A DNA stretch of 63,997 bases, the filler included, from Octopus bimaculoides (taxonomy: Eukaryota), in the NCBI RefSeq assembly GCF_001194135.2. It is 7 parts of 7 records of this genome, joined end to end, with 100 filler letters (N's around TTAATTAATTAA, not from the genome) between each part and the next. Parts side by side here need not be neighbours in the genome. Positions count along the whole stretch, not along the records: positions 5,669 to 21,429 come from NC_068987.1; positions 21,530 to 26,900 come from NC_068988.1; 5 more parts are not named here. One strand, written 5' to 3'. The translations under genes were made by a program, and so were the position numbers. The notes beneath the pieces were generated by a model that was given only the letters and a program-made list of their open reading frames with translations, made no database searches and was not told the origin of the DNA. Shown piece by piece: positions 10,939 through 22,772 of this stretch. The stretch's first letter is position 1. Each line of letters opens with the position of its first letter.

Positions 10939-13618
10939 NNNNNNNNNNNNNNNNNNNNNNNNNNNNNNNNNNNNNNNNNNNNNNNNNNNNNNNNNNNNNN
11001 NNNNNNNNNNNNNNNNNNNNNNNNNNNNNNNNNNNNNNNNNNNNNNNNNNNNNNNNNNNNNNNNNNNNNNNNNNNNNNNNNNNNNNNNNNNNNNNNNNNN
11101 NNNNNNNNNNATCTGTATTATGCATATATACATGGATACACACGCGCACACAGATACACACTTTCATATTGGTTTGCGAGTAGGTGTATATATGTTTGCA
11201 TGCATCATGAATATGCATATTTATATATGCATATATACACACACGTATATTGATACATAAATACGCGCACAAACAATACACAAGTATATTGATAAATGTA
11301 TACACACACAATACACACCTATATATACATACACATTCATACATACTCTCACATAAACATGATTATGTATAGGCACATACACATACAACAGAGTTCAATT
11401 TAAATAAGCACAGGCATTCACAGGCATACACACACAAGATTTCATTTCCATATTAAAAATAATTGGGAGACGCCAATGCCGTTCTATTTTGGACGTGTTA
11501 TACTCTCTGCAAGTGAGGGAAATGGTTGGAAAAGTGATTATGTTGCTGTGAGAGAGAGTGAGTAAGTGAGCTTTTGGAAAACGTTAACTTATTTAATCAT
11601 CCAATGTAGGTTGAGAAAACTATTGAGGAGGCACGCAGCACATGCGATCCAAACAACTTCATACACCAAATTACCAGTACATCTTAGCAACTTGAACATA
11701 TTGCCAGATGTGATATAATTATGTGTACGTATGTACGTATATATATATTTAGACCTATACATTACATACCTACATAAACACGCATAAAACGTTTATATAT
11801 ATATATATATNNNNNNNNNNNNNNNNNNNNNNNNNNNNNNNNNNNNNNNNNNNNNNNNNNNNNNNNNNNNNNNNNNNNNNNNNNNNNNNNNNNNNNNNNN
11901 NNNNNNNNNNNNNNNNNNNNNNNNNNNNNNNNNNNNNNNNNNNNNNNNNNNNNNNNNNNNNNNNNNNNNNNNNNNNNNNNNNNNNNNNNNNNNNNNNNNN
12001 NNNNNNNNNNNNNNNNNNNNNNNNNNNNNNNNNNNNNNNNNNNNNNNNNNNNNNNNNNNNNNNNNNNNNNNNNNNNNNNNNNNNNNNNNNNNNNNNNNNN
12101 NNNNNNNNNNNNNNNNNNNNNNNNNNNNNNNNNNNNNNNNNNNNNNNNNNNNNNNNNNNNNNNNNNNNNNNNNNNNNNNNNNNNNNNNNNNNNNNNNNNN
12201 NNNNNNNNNNNNNNNNNNNNNNNNNNNNNNNNNNNNNNNNNNNNNNNNNNNNNNNNNNNNNNNNNNNNNNNNNNNNNNNNNNNNNNNNNNNNNNNNNNNN
12301 NNNNNNNNNNNNNNNNNNNNNNNNNNNNNNNNNNNNNNNNNNNNNNNNNNNNNNNNNNNNNNNNNNNNNNNNNATATATATATATATATGCATATTTGCA
12401 TATATATGTATGATATATAATAAATACATACATGCATATATATTATACATAAACGGAAGAAGGAAATACACAACCATCTAAGTAGCAAGGATATAATGTA
12501 CTCAATACAATGAACAGTGTGGAACTATTGCAAAAGAAATTATTTTAAGTTTGAGGTAAATATTTTCTCTAAAACGAACGAAATAAGATATTTTTATAGG
12601 AATAGCATTGAATTAAGTTTCTATTGTATTCAGTGTTACTACAGAAATTGCAAATATTAATTGCTAGCATTTTAAATGTTATGTCCGTTTCTTCCTCTTG
12701 TGTTAGTATTTCGTAATTTTACCATTATATAATTTTTACATTGTGAAACCGATTGAATAAGTACATATATTTGAGTACGCATATCTATAGATAATAATTC
12801 ATTCATTTATTAAAGATTTTATCTGGATGACTACTAGTCTCTTCAAATTATGATATAAACAACCGAAATATATATTCAGGAAATGTAATGTATCTGTAAA
12901 AAAATCTATTTCAGCATTAGCTTACAAATTTGTTTAGCAGCTACTGATGGAAAGGAAATTGCACGACTGTTTTCTAGAAAATATTCGAAATTCTCTTTAG
13001 GCTGTGCATTTGAGATCTATTCATCACATTTGATTAAATTGCTTAGATTTACACCCATAGTAACGACTTGCCGCTTATATTGTCGAGAAGGCTCAGGATA
13101 AATAATATTTTACTGGTCTGGTTCGTATATGTCTATATAGTACCTAGCTTTTTGCATGTGACTAAGCGTTCAAAATTACTCTCTTATGCACACGTACGCG
13201 CATCTTCGTTTTGGGATCAGCACTACTTCATTATCTCCCCTTCTTCCTAGCTCTCCTGTGTGATCCCTCTGTCCGGCATTCGCTATGACAGAACGCTAAC
13301 CACTAAACATTCTTTATTTTCTCTCCCTGTTTCTTTCTGTGTTCCTTTTAAATCCACTGGATTTAAAAGGCTGAAAAAAAAAACGCTGCACTTCACGGCA
13401 TAACTGACATAACATGGCGATTAACAGAATTGTATTTTCGCGGACATATGTCTTCCATAGCCCTTGGTTGGTTATCCAATGCCTTCAGAGTAGTCACATT
13501 TATTGACCTAAATCAATAAAATAACAATACACAGACACAGACACAGACACACACACACACACACACANNNNNNNNNNNNNNNNNNNNNNNNNNNNNCACA
13601 CACATATATATATATATA

Positions 13619-14907
13619 TTAGGTTATCCCATAAGTTCTGTCCGAATTTTGAATAAAGAAAACAAGTGATCAAATGTTATATTTAATTCAAATTTAATCA
13701 TCAATGTACTTTCCCTGATTATCTATGACTTCCTTCCATCTATTTGCAAGGCTTTTAATTCCATCAATGTGAGACTCTTTTGGTTTCAAAACGAAGAACT
13801 CTGAAATGTCAGTTTCAACCTCCTCCTGGCTTGCAAAAGTTGTCCCCCAAATGATTCTGTAAACTACGAAACAAATGGTAGTCTGAAGGAGCAAGTTCGG
13901 GAGAATAAGGTGGATGAGGAATTTTTTTCCCAACCAAGCTCCTCGATCTTCTGTAATGTGATCTTTGCAATCTGGAGTCGCGCATTTTCCTGATGAAACA
14001 TCACTCCTTTGAGATTCACTAAAGCGCGCCTGTTTCTTGTTCAAAGCTTGGTTCAAACGCTCTAATTGCTGACAGTAGACTTGAGCATCAATTGTTGCAT
14101 TAGGTGGTAACAATTCAAAGTTAATTACTCTTTTGCAATCCCACCAGATAGAGAGAAGAATCTTTTTCCCATGAAGTTCCCTTCTCGGTTCTGGTTCAAT
14201 TTTTTTCCTTTTACCAAACCACTGTTTACAACATTTAGCATTTCGATAGACGATCCATTTTTCGTCACCGGTCACAAGTCTATCCAAAAGGGGTGAAATG
14301 AGTTCGCGAGAATGGAGAGAAGAGCAGATGTCAACTCGGGATATGCGGTTGCTTTCGGACAATTCATGAGGCACCCATTTTCCAAGTTTAGGAATCTTTC
14401 CAAGTTGTTGAATATGACGATGAACAGTTATATGATTTGAACTAAGCTTTATTTCCAATTCTTCAACTGATAATGCAGGAGTTTTTTTCAAGTAATGGCT
14501 CAAGAAACTTATCATCAATCTCAACTGGACGTCCTGCTCGACCTTCATCTTCAAGGCTGAAATCTCTACTCCTGAATTTTTCAAACCATCTTCTGCAAGT
14601 TCTTTCATTCAAGCATTCTTTCCCATAAACTGAGTGTATGTTTCGAGTCGCTTCGGCTGCAGAGTTTCCTTTTTTGTACTCATAAAGCATTATGTGCCTC
14701 AAATGCTCTTTGGATACTTTCATGTTAGAAAGGGTTTTATTGAATGAAATTTTAATTCTATTATTCTGTAAAATAATATTTAATTAGTTTAAATGTACGC
14801 AAATGCATAAAAATAATTTTTAATTCCATTAGACATTCTAAAATACTCTTAAATTTCATTCAATTTTTAAAAAGGTAAAATCGGATAGAACTTATGGGAT
14901 GACCGGA
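13619..14907 (-). mobile_element. Full-length (about 1.29 kb) mariner DNA transposon, inactive
   Basis: Left end TA + TTAGGTTATCCCATAAGTTCTGTCCGA (13619-13645); right end TCGGATAGAACTTATGGGATGACC (14881-14904), a 22/24 match with the last 3 bp eroded. Confidence 0.93.
13694..14723 (-). pseudogene. Mariner transposase pseudogene (DD34D type) with at least four frameshifts
   Basis: HTH N-terminus (14463-14723), then WVPHEL and LVTGDEKW in the 13694-14608 ORF; HQENA and YSPELAPSDY are readable only in shifted frames. Confidence 0.92.
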
Positions 14908-16062
14908 CACAAACACATGTATATAATTTATACAAAAGTGTGTGTATATAAGTATTTTTTCTGCGCGTAGGTGCGTGTGTGCGTGCGCGTGTGCGTATGT
15001 ACGAGTGCACGCGTGTGCATGTGTTATAGGGTTATAAGTTTATAAGCTTGTATGTATGCACAATCCCACACACACATAGGCAACTATGTAGTAATGATCA
15101 GCTTAAAAAAATGTATGAATTCGTTGAAGCTGAAGGTTAATGGCAGTCAATATATTGGTTTTGTTTTATATTCGCCGTTATGAGAGTAGGCAGCATCGTG
15201 GCCTACGGCGTTTCTGTAGAGTTTTTTTTGCTGGCTATGTGGAAGAAATGTTTTATTTTTCAAGTGCTTAAGTGTGCAGTAAGTTTTTACATAAGTGTTT
15301 TGTGATTATCGGAATATTTTTCGTTGTCATTCGTTTTCTATTGAGAGTAGATGTGAGGAATTAAAAAAAGTAGTGACTGAATAAAAATACGGTCAAACAA
15401 ATATGATATTTATCGATTGGATTGATGGTGTTTCTCTGTTTTCGTTTTTGTGTTCCTCTTCATCTCTAAACACACACACAAACACACACACACACACACA
15501 CACACAAACGCACACACACACACGCACAGACACACACTCACACAGAGACATGCGCACACACACAAATACTAATTGTTCTAGGTTTTACAAGTTTCCCATT
15601 TATAAACATACAACCCTACATGTGACTCAATACATGGTGTGACTCAATGCACGGAGTTCAAAAGCTACGCTCGAAGACGTACATAGTGAATGTATTAGTT
15701 TGACGTTCAGTTTAATACGGAAGAAAGAGAGGGGCTTGTAACTTTTCGAGCATGGCTCGTAGTCAGAAAGAGGAAAGAAGGAAGGTCCGCAGAAACAGGA
15801 ATGCACCCCCCACCACACCCACACACACACACACACACACACACGGTCATTATTACTATTAACAAACATAAAAACATACGCTCGAAAATATTAAACCTTT
15901 TCCAGTCGAATTGCACCAACCAGTGTTAAATCTCAGTCTAACAGACAACAAAAACATAACTATCTGACTGTCCTCCTTGCTTTTTGTTTCTTTGTTACAC
16001 GTAATCTTTTACTTTTTTTCTCTCGCACTTCCTTGTTTATTCTCGCTTTTCTCAAAAAGCAG

Positions 16063-16142
16063 TGTGCCACAGGCATATAGTGTAGTGGTTAAGAGCGCGG
16101 GCTACTAACCCCAAGATTCCGAGTTCGATTCCAGGCAGTGAT

Positions 16143-16181
<39 letters not shown>

Positions 16182-16390
16182 TATAATAATAATAACAACA
16201 ACAACAACAATATCGAATAATACCTTAGGAATGAGAACCTAAGTTCGAAATTTCCCCAAGACACCTGATGAAGGCTGGAGAGTATATCAGCCGAAACGTG
16301 TTAACAGCAAACAAGATGAGGACAAATACCCGTCAAATGTAAATAATGTAAATAATGTATAAAATTCCTCATCTCTTAAATATAGAACAG
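16063..16390 (+). mobile_element. tRNA-headed SINE-like element with internal (AAT)n/(AAC)n and a hammerhead-like 3' module
   Basis: A-box TAGTGTAGTGG (16078-16088), B-box GAGTTCGATTCC (16121-16132), (AAT)n at 16146-16210, then CTGATGA-A-GGCTG-N10-CAGCC-GAAAC (16265-16297). Confidence 0.7.
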
Positions 16391-16539
16391 TATTTTTTTG
16401 TTTTGAGCTTGAATGTTTTGAATATAGTTCATGGTCCGCTATAGAAGCTAGACTAGTCCCTATACTACCAGTACTATGTGGGCATGTATGTATGTATGTA
16501 TGTATGAATGTATGTGGGTATGTATGTACGTATGTATGT

Positions 16540-16875
16540 GTGAAAGCGCATGTCTCATTGGTTAGAGCGTCGAGGTTACGGTCGTGAGGTTGTGAGTTTC
16601 ATCCTCGGACCGGGCTGCGTTTTGTGTTCCTGAGAAAGACCTGTTATTGCACATTGCTCCAGTTCACTCAGCTGTAGAAATGAGATGCGACGCCAGTGGT
16701 ATGAAGCTGTATCGGCGTGGAGATGGGAGGCTGGTATTCATGGGCGACTGCTGGCCTTCCATAAAAAACAAACCTAGGTCTTGCGTTCGCCGGTGAGGAG
16801 CCTTTCCTCCCAGACTTGTACCCCGGAGGGGAACCTTTTCGGTGCACCCATAGTCATTCCTGATCGACGGAGTCG
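16540..16875 (+). mobile_element. SINE-C (tRNA-Arg-like head)
   Basis: GCGCATGTCTCATTGGTTAGAGCGTCGAGGTTACGGTCGTGAGGTTGTGAGTT head and TTGCTCCAGTTCACTCAGCTGTAGAAATGAG centre; colinear with 52136-52480. Confidence 0.8.
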
Positions 16876-17044
16876 AGTTATGTATGTATGCATGTATGTA
16901 TGTATGTATGTATGTTTGATGTATGTATGTATGTGTATGTGCGTTGTGTGTGTAGAACGCGCGTATGTGTGCAGCACAGATTTTGCTTGCTGTGCCTGAA
17001 AGAAACGTGAGCACCTCTTATCGTTATTAATATTTATGTCAACT

Positions 17045-17262
17045 AAAGGCAGCGATGTGTCAGAATCGTTAGCACGCGGGGTAAAATGCTTAGTGGCATT
17101 TCGTCCGTCTTTACAATCTGAGTTCAAATTCCATCCAGGTCGGCTTTGCATTTCATCCTTTCTGAGTCGATAAAATAAGTACCAGTTGAGTTCCGGGGAT
17201 CGATATAATCGACTTACCCCTTCCTCTAAAATTTCTGGCCTTGTGCCAAAATTTGAAGCTAA
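17045..17262 (+). mobile_element. SINE-A
   Basis: CAGAATCGTTAGCACG head, CTGAGTTCAAATTCC, core and tail all present. Confidence 0.85.
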
Positions 17263-17989
17263 TGTTTATGTCAGTTGTAGGAAAACATCTACGGTAAATA
17301 CATGATCGGGTAGGAGATTGCTGGGTTCGATGTTTCGGGCAAGCAGGATTAGGTGCAATGTGATTGCGAGACTGGGATATATATATATATATATATANNN
17401 NNNNNNNNNNNNNNNNNNNNNNNNNNNNNNNNNNNNNNNNNNNNNNNNNNNNNNNNNNNNNNNNNNNNNNNNNNNNNNNNNNNNNNNNNNNNNNNNNNNN
17501 NNNNNNNNNNNNNNNNNNNNNNNNNNNNNNNNNNNNNNNNNNNNNNNNNNNNNNNNNNNNNNNNNNNNNNNNNNNNNNNNNNNNNNNNNNNNNNNNNNNN
17601 NNNNNNNNNNNNNNNNNNTGTATGTATATGTGTATGTGTGTATGTATACAGAGTAAGACTATTGAGGAGGCAAACAGTTTGGTAAGACTTGAACAAGGAC
17701 ATTTAATTGAGCTATATAATAACAGGATCTATTAAAATGGTGTGTATATAATAAAAATGTTTATAAATGAGTGGCTTTATTATATTATGTTACTATATAG
17801 TTAAATTAAATATCCTTGACGAGTCTCACTAAACAGTTTATCTCTTCGTAACTGTTTTAATCTATACACACCTGCTCAAAGGGAAGGCATTTGTAGCTGT
17901 TTTAGAAAAGCAGTCGCGAAGTCACACATTCAACTGCAGTTTGTACTGGAATTTTAGAGGTATAACATATTGAGCACTCAGAGTAATAC

Positions 17990-18480
17990 CTATTAGTCTG
18001 AGTCGCTCTGACAAAAATGGTCTGGATTAACTTTCAGCTCTTCTTTCAGTTCACGAAACGTATTAAGTCGTGACTGCTTTTGATTTTCCGTGAGCAAGCG
18101 TGGCACAAATTTTTACTGCAACACTTATCATTCGCAATCCCTCGTTCAAAAAGTGTTGGCAGCTTCTTCAGGGCACACCAGTCCCATCAAGTTCATCCAT
18201 TGTTCGGTGATGAGCCTCCAAGTTCAGTTCATGAATTTCCCTGATGTTTTCATCCATTCGGAATGTCGACGTTCGTCCTGTACGAGGTTGATCTTCAAAC
18301 GACAAATGACCATTCCTAAAGCGTGGAAACCACTCGTAAGCTTGTGTTTTGCTCATGACAGCGTTCTTGTAAGCTGTTTGTGGCATGACAACTATTTCGG
18401 TCTCCGTTTTCCCTAGCAGAAAACAGAATTTCCCGGAAGCACACTGTTCCTTCGTTTCAGCCATCGTAAAAATCGACGAG
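17990..18480 (-). pseudogene. Relic of a second mariner-family transposase (N-terminal half)
   Basis: MAETKEQCASGKFCFLLGKTETE..KTQAYEWFPRFRNGHLSFEDQPRTGRTST; then, in a shifted frame, KFVPRLLTENQKQSRL (counterpart of WVPHEL). Confidence 0.8.
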
Positions 18481-18669
18481 CAGGGGAGAAGCCTTACAAA
18501 ACAAAAACGCATCACATGACAGGACAAACCCACGTGATGATGCCGGTCGGCAGACTGATGCCCGAGGGTCACATCAAGTGACTTCTAGCAGCGGAAGCCT
18601 GAACTACAACGGGTTTGTCCCACTGAGGACTTTCTGGTTATTCTTGAGTACGCCTTTTTATGTATATAG

Positions 18670-18890
18670 TCATGTATGTCTGTCTTTGTGCTTGTATTTG
18701 TCCTCCACCCATCATTTAACAACCGCTGTTAGTGTATTTAGGTCCCAGTAACTTAGTGGTTCTACAAAAAGAGCGATAGAATAAGTACTAGGCCTATAGA
18801 ATAAGTCATAGATTGATTTGCTCATTCAAGTCAGTGGTCCAGCATGGCTGCAGTCAAGTAACTGAAACAAGTAATAGAATAATAGAATAC
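18670..18890 (+). mobile_element. SINE-B 3' half
   Basis: ..GATAGAATAAGTACTAGGC..CCAGCATGGCTGCAGTCAAGTAACTGAAACAAGTAATAGAAT tail, as in 43119-43600. Confidence 0.75.
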
Positions 18891-18907
18891 ACATGTACAC
18901 ACACACG

Positions 18908-18942
<35 letters not shown>

Positions 18943-18964
18943 GTATACATACATACATATAAAC

Positions 18965-19012
<48 letters not shown>

Positions 19013-19405
19013 CAGATAGATTAACACACATATACAGACATACATAGATAAATGTATATGTTTGATTGTATGTATATTTTTTACATAAAAGGGGGATCCC
19101 CCATTCTCCTGTATATAAAGAGAACGATAGGGAAAATGAGAGATCCGCCAAAGAAAACATAGCTTTCTAGATACATTTATCAAAATATTTATCTTAAAAT
19201 GCTGTAAATATCGTCCAGTGATACATATCCGTCTTGGTCTCATTAAACAATGCAACACAAAATCGCTACGTGTACTCGGTATAGCTAGATTTCAGTCTTA
19301 AAATACAACTCTGCTAGTCTTGTATAACATACAACACAAACGAAATATCGCTACAATAGTTTACTTATTCTTCAATAAAATCACCGTTAAATCTAGAGGC
19401 TATAG

Positions 19406-19488
19406 ACATGGCCTCTTCTTTAAACATGGCCTCTTCTTTGAACATGGCCTTTTCTTTAAATATGGCTTCTTCTTTAAACAAGGCTTCT
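19406..19488. repeat. 18-bp minisatellite, about 4.5 copies
   Basis: ACATGGCCTCTTCTTTAA-type units at 19406, 19424, 19442 and 19460, plus a partial unit at 19478. Confidence 0.9.
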
Positions 19489-20201
19489 GTAAACAGCTAT
19501 AAGCTGAAATAATATGCCTGACAGACTGTTACTGATTCTATATGATATAGTGCACATAAAACTTAACAGTAAGCTCTTCGACTGATTTTTAAAGATTCAT
19601 TCATCAATCACGTAATCCATCGCCATTTTTGCGTTAACCTTGGGTGAATTTATCTTATAGGTTACAATTAACATTTTTGCTTCAGTCTAAAAAAATTTAT
19701 TGGAGCTACCCTTCATTAGAGTTACCGGGAAAAAATCACTACAAAAATCGTGGCTCACTCAAACAAAAGTTCTTCACTTTTCTTCCTATATCGTTATTTG
19801 ACAACTGGTGGTTTATGCGGACTAGCGACTTATACTGCCAATCCGATATAGCCTATATATCTTCTCTCTTTATCGCTACTGTTTAAAATGCCTGAACGAC
19901 TGAACTATCTGGTTAATTAGAGCCTCGCGTAGAATTTCATGCTCCGTTGGTGTCAGACAGGGAAGTCTAAATTAGTTTTCGCATACTCAAGGACCCAGTC
20001 TGCCATCTCTTACCAACCACATTCAATTTACTGTGCTCTCAGCTGTTATGGCTATATGTCTACTGGCTTTCTTCAGTCGGTGAGTGATAACAATCTCTAC
20101 GTCCAGCGCACTGTGAATTCAGCCACGATGAATTTGTTGTGCTCCAAAATAGAGGACCTCTGTCTGGTGGTAACGGTGTTACTGCCACGTGCTATACCAA
20201 A

Positions 20202-20254
<53 letters not shown>

Positions 20255-20331
20255 CTTACCTATCTACCTACCTACCTACCTACCTACCTACCTACCTACC
20301 TACCTACCTACCTACCTACCTACCTACCTAC
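20202..20331. repeat. (ATCT)n/(ACCT)n compound microsatellite running into a gap
   Basis: Direct inspection. Confidence 0.95.
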
Positions 20332-21350
20332 NNNNNNNNNNNNNNNNNNNNNNNNNNNNNNNNNNNNNNNNNNNNNNNNNNNNNNNNNNNNNNNNNNNNN
20401 NNNNNNNNNNNNNNNNNNNNNNNNNNNNNNNNNNNNNNNNNNNNNNNNNNNNNNNNNNNNNNNNNNNNNNNNNNNNNNNNNNNNNNNNNNNNNNNNNNNN
20501 NNNNNNNNNNNNNNNNNNNNNNNNNNNNNNNNNNNNNNNNNTATATATATCGAGACAGTTAGGCCGTTGAGGCGCTTTAAACAAAAATTATTTTACTGAA
20601 CACACCCAGCAACTTTGTTTCATGAGAAATCCTATTGTATATCTTGATAATTTAGTTTGGAACAATAATTTTCTTATGTCCATGTAGACTTCTCGATCAA
20701 ATGAGTCTCAGCATCTGGACAAGAAGATGATACTGATGGTTTGCTTTGTATTTCCTAATTAAGACATTTCAACGCAGGATTTAAAAGTGCTGTCTGTTAA
20801 CTACATTGAAGAAACAAATGATCTTTTTCAGTTTATTACTCATGTGTACAATCAGCGATCCATGTAATCAGACCCCAGTTAATAATATTAGCATGTTGGA
20901 TATATGTTATTTCGCCTGTATTAGGACGGTTAATAATGAGCTGCATTATATCTACACTGTAATCAGATCAGTCATCTTAATCACATGATATATATAATTG
21001 TTGCAGTTTCACGAGTTTCTGGCAATTCTTCAAATCGTAATTCATATATATACACACACATACACACACATATATATATGTATACGTAAATACACACACA
21101 GATACACACACACGCGCGCACACACAAACACATATATACACACATATGCATATGCACACACATATATATATACATATCAATGTATATATAAACACGCGCG
21201 AATACACAAACTGATGCACTCATACACACACATGTATTTAGAAATAAGCATATGTATATGCAAGTATCAGTATATTTGTGTATATATAGATTATATATAC
21301 ATATCTATATATACACATGTATATATACATACATACATGTGTGTATATAC

Positions 21351-21387
<37 letters not shown>

Positions 21388-21429
21388 GCGTGTATATATG
21401 CACTATATATTTACTGATATATATATATA

Positions 21430-21529
21430 NNNNNNNNNNNNNNNNNNNNNNNNNNNNNNNNNNNNNNNNNNNNTTAATTAATTAANNNNNNNNNNNNNNN
21501 NNNNNNNNNNNNNNNNNNNNNNNNNNNNN
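21430..21529. other. Artificial assembly spacer
   Basis: 44 N + TTAATTAATTAA + 44 N. Confidence 0.95.
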
Positions 21530-22231
21530 TCTCAATTTTTTTGGTGGAGAAATTCTCTCGTCGCTTGGTTTTCTTGTTGATAAGTCTGTATGATATGTGC
21601 TTCTTGTTTGTGTTTTCGATGATTTTTTTTGGTATGTGTATTTGTACAGTGTCACCTTCTTTCGTGAGAAGGGATTTTGTATCATTGATTTGTTTTTGGG
21701 TGAATGTTAATATTGTTCTTTTTTTTTTCGTTGCATCGGCAAAATTTGTTTTTGTGATGCTGGCAGATATATTGTTTGTGGCGTTTGTGGTGTTGTTTAT
21801 CTTGTTCATCTTGTAGTTGTTGATGGTGGTGTTGACAGTGGTGTTGGTACTGCCAGGTTCAAAGGTGGTGGAAATGGCAGCAGAGTAGTGATGGTGTTGG
21901 TGTTGAAGGCCGGTGTCCTGTTGTTGTCACTGGTGGTAGCAGTGGTGAAGACAGTGGTCGTGTTAGCAAGGACATTTGTGTCGTTGTTGTTGTTGTTCTT
22001 GTCTTTGTCGTTGTTGTTGTTGTTGTCACTGGTGACGGTGGCAGGCAAGACTGCTGTAGCAGCAGAGTTTTTACACGTGATGGTGGTAGTGGTGGTGGTT
22101 GAGGCAGTAGCAGTTGACTCAGAATCATTGCTCTTCTCCATCGCCTGTCTGCGTTCATGCGGAACGGCATTAAGTATTTTCGCCTCTGGCATTAGGGGCA
22201 GGAAATCGGCCTCGTTGAAAACCTTAGCCAT
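21530..22231 (-). other. Two overlapping Thr/Asn-rich reading frames; possibly a frameshifted LINE ORF1-like N-terminus or a host exon
   Basis: ATG-initiated MAKVFNEADFLPLMPEAKILNAVPHERRQAMEK.. (141 aa) overlaps MNKINN..TNFADATKKKRTILTF.., which stays open to the spacer; no diagnostic domain seen. Confidence 0.35.
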
Positions 22232-22448
22232 ATTTGCTTTACAAAATATGGCTAGGAACGAGGAAGATGTTTTTTAATTTTTGGAAATAAGGCTCTAAAT
22301 AGAGCTATTTCCGATTTGAAAAATATATGTTCACGCAGTATTTTGTATTACACACAACTTACACAAAATTTTAAAACAAAATAGGTCTTTTAAGAAGTGA
22401 AAAATGCAACTTACATGGGAGCCGATGTGTCTACCGTCCGTCCATGAT

Positions 22449-22517
<69 letters not shown>

Positions 22518-22549
22518 GTAGATAGATAGAATGATACATAATGAGTTTA

Positions 22550-22722
22550 TACCGTATCAAGACATTTACCCTCTAGGACAATTCCTCCAACGACAACTAC
22601 CCCTTAGGACAATTACTCCCCTTGTTTAATTACCTCCTCTCCAATATATTAAATAGTTTTAAATCATCATCTGTTGTCCTCGGAGGTAATTGTCCTTAGG
22701 GGGTAAATGTCCTAGACTCGTA
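22550..22722. mobile_element. MITE with about 48-bp imperfect terminal inverted repeats
   Basis: TACCGTATCAAGACATTTACCCTCTAGGACAATTCCTCCAACGACAAC versus rc of the right end, TACGAGTCTAGGACATTTACCCCCTAAGGACAATTACCTCCGAGGACAAC. Confidence 0.75.
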
Positions 22723-22772
22723 TTTACAGAGGTAGATAGGTAAGTAGATAGATCGATCGATCGATAGATAGA

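Noticed and set aside
9219-12488. Many ORFs rich in YI/HT/CV/X, here and throughout the window
   Set aside because: Translations of (TA)n, (CA)n and trinucleotide microsatellites or of N gaps.
13344-13370. Perfect 12-bp hairpin (also a 13-bp near-perfect one at 57998-58026) as terminators
   Set aside because: Eukaryotic AT-rich context with no linked gene; isolated short hairpins are uninformative.
13694-14608. Active mariner transposase
   Set aside because: Frameshifts displace the catalytic motifs and the N-terminal HTH.
21474-21485. TTAATTAATTAA as a biological repeat or homeodomain site
   Set aside because: Always centred in exactly 44+44 N, so it is an assembly linker.
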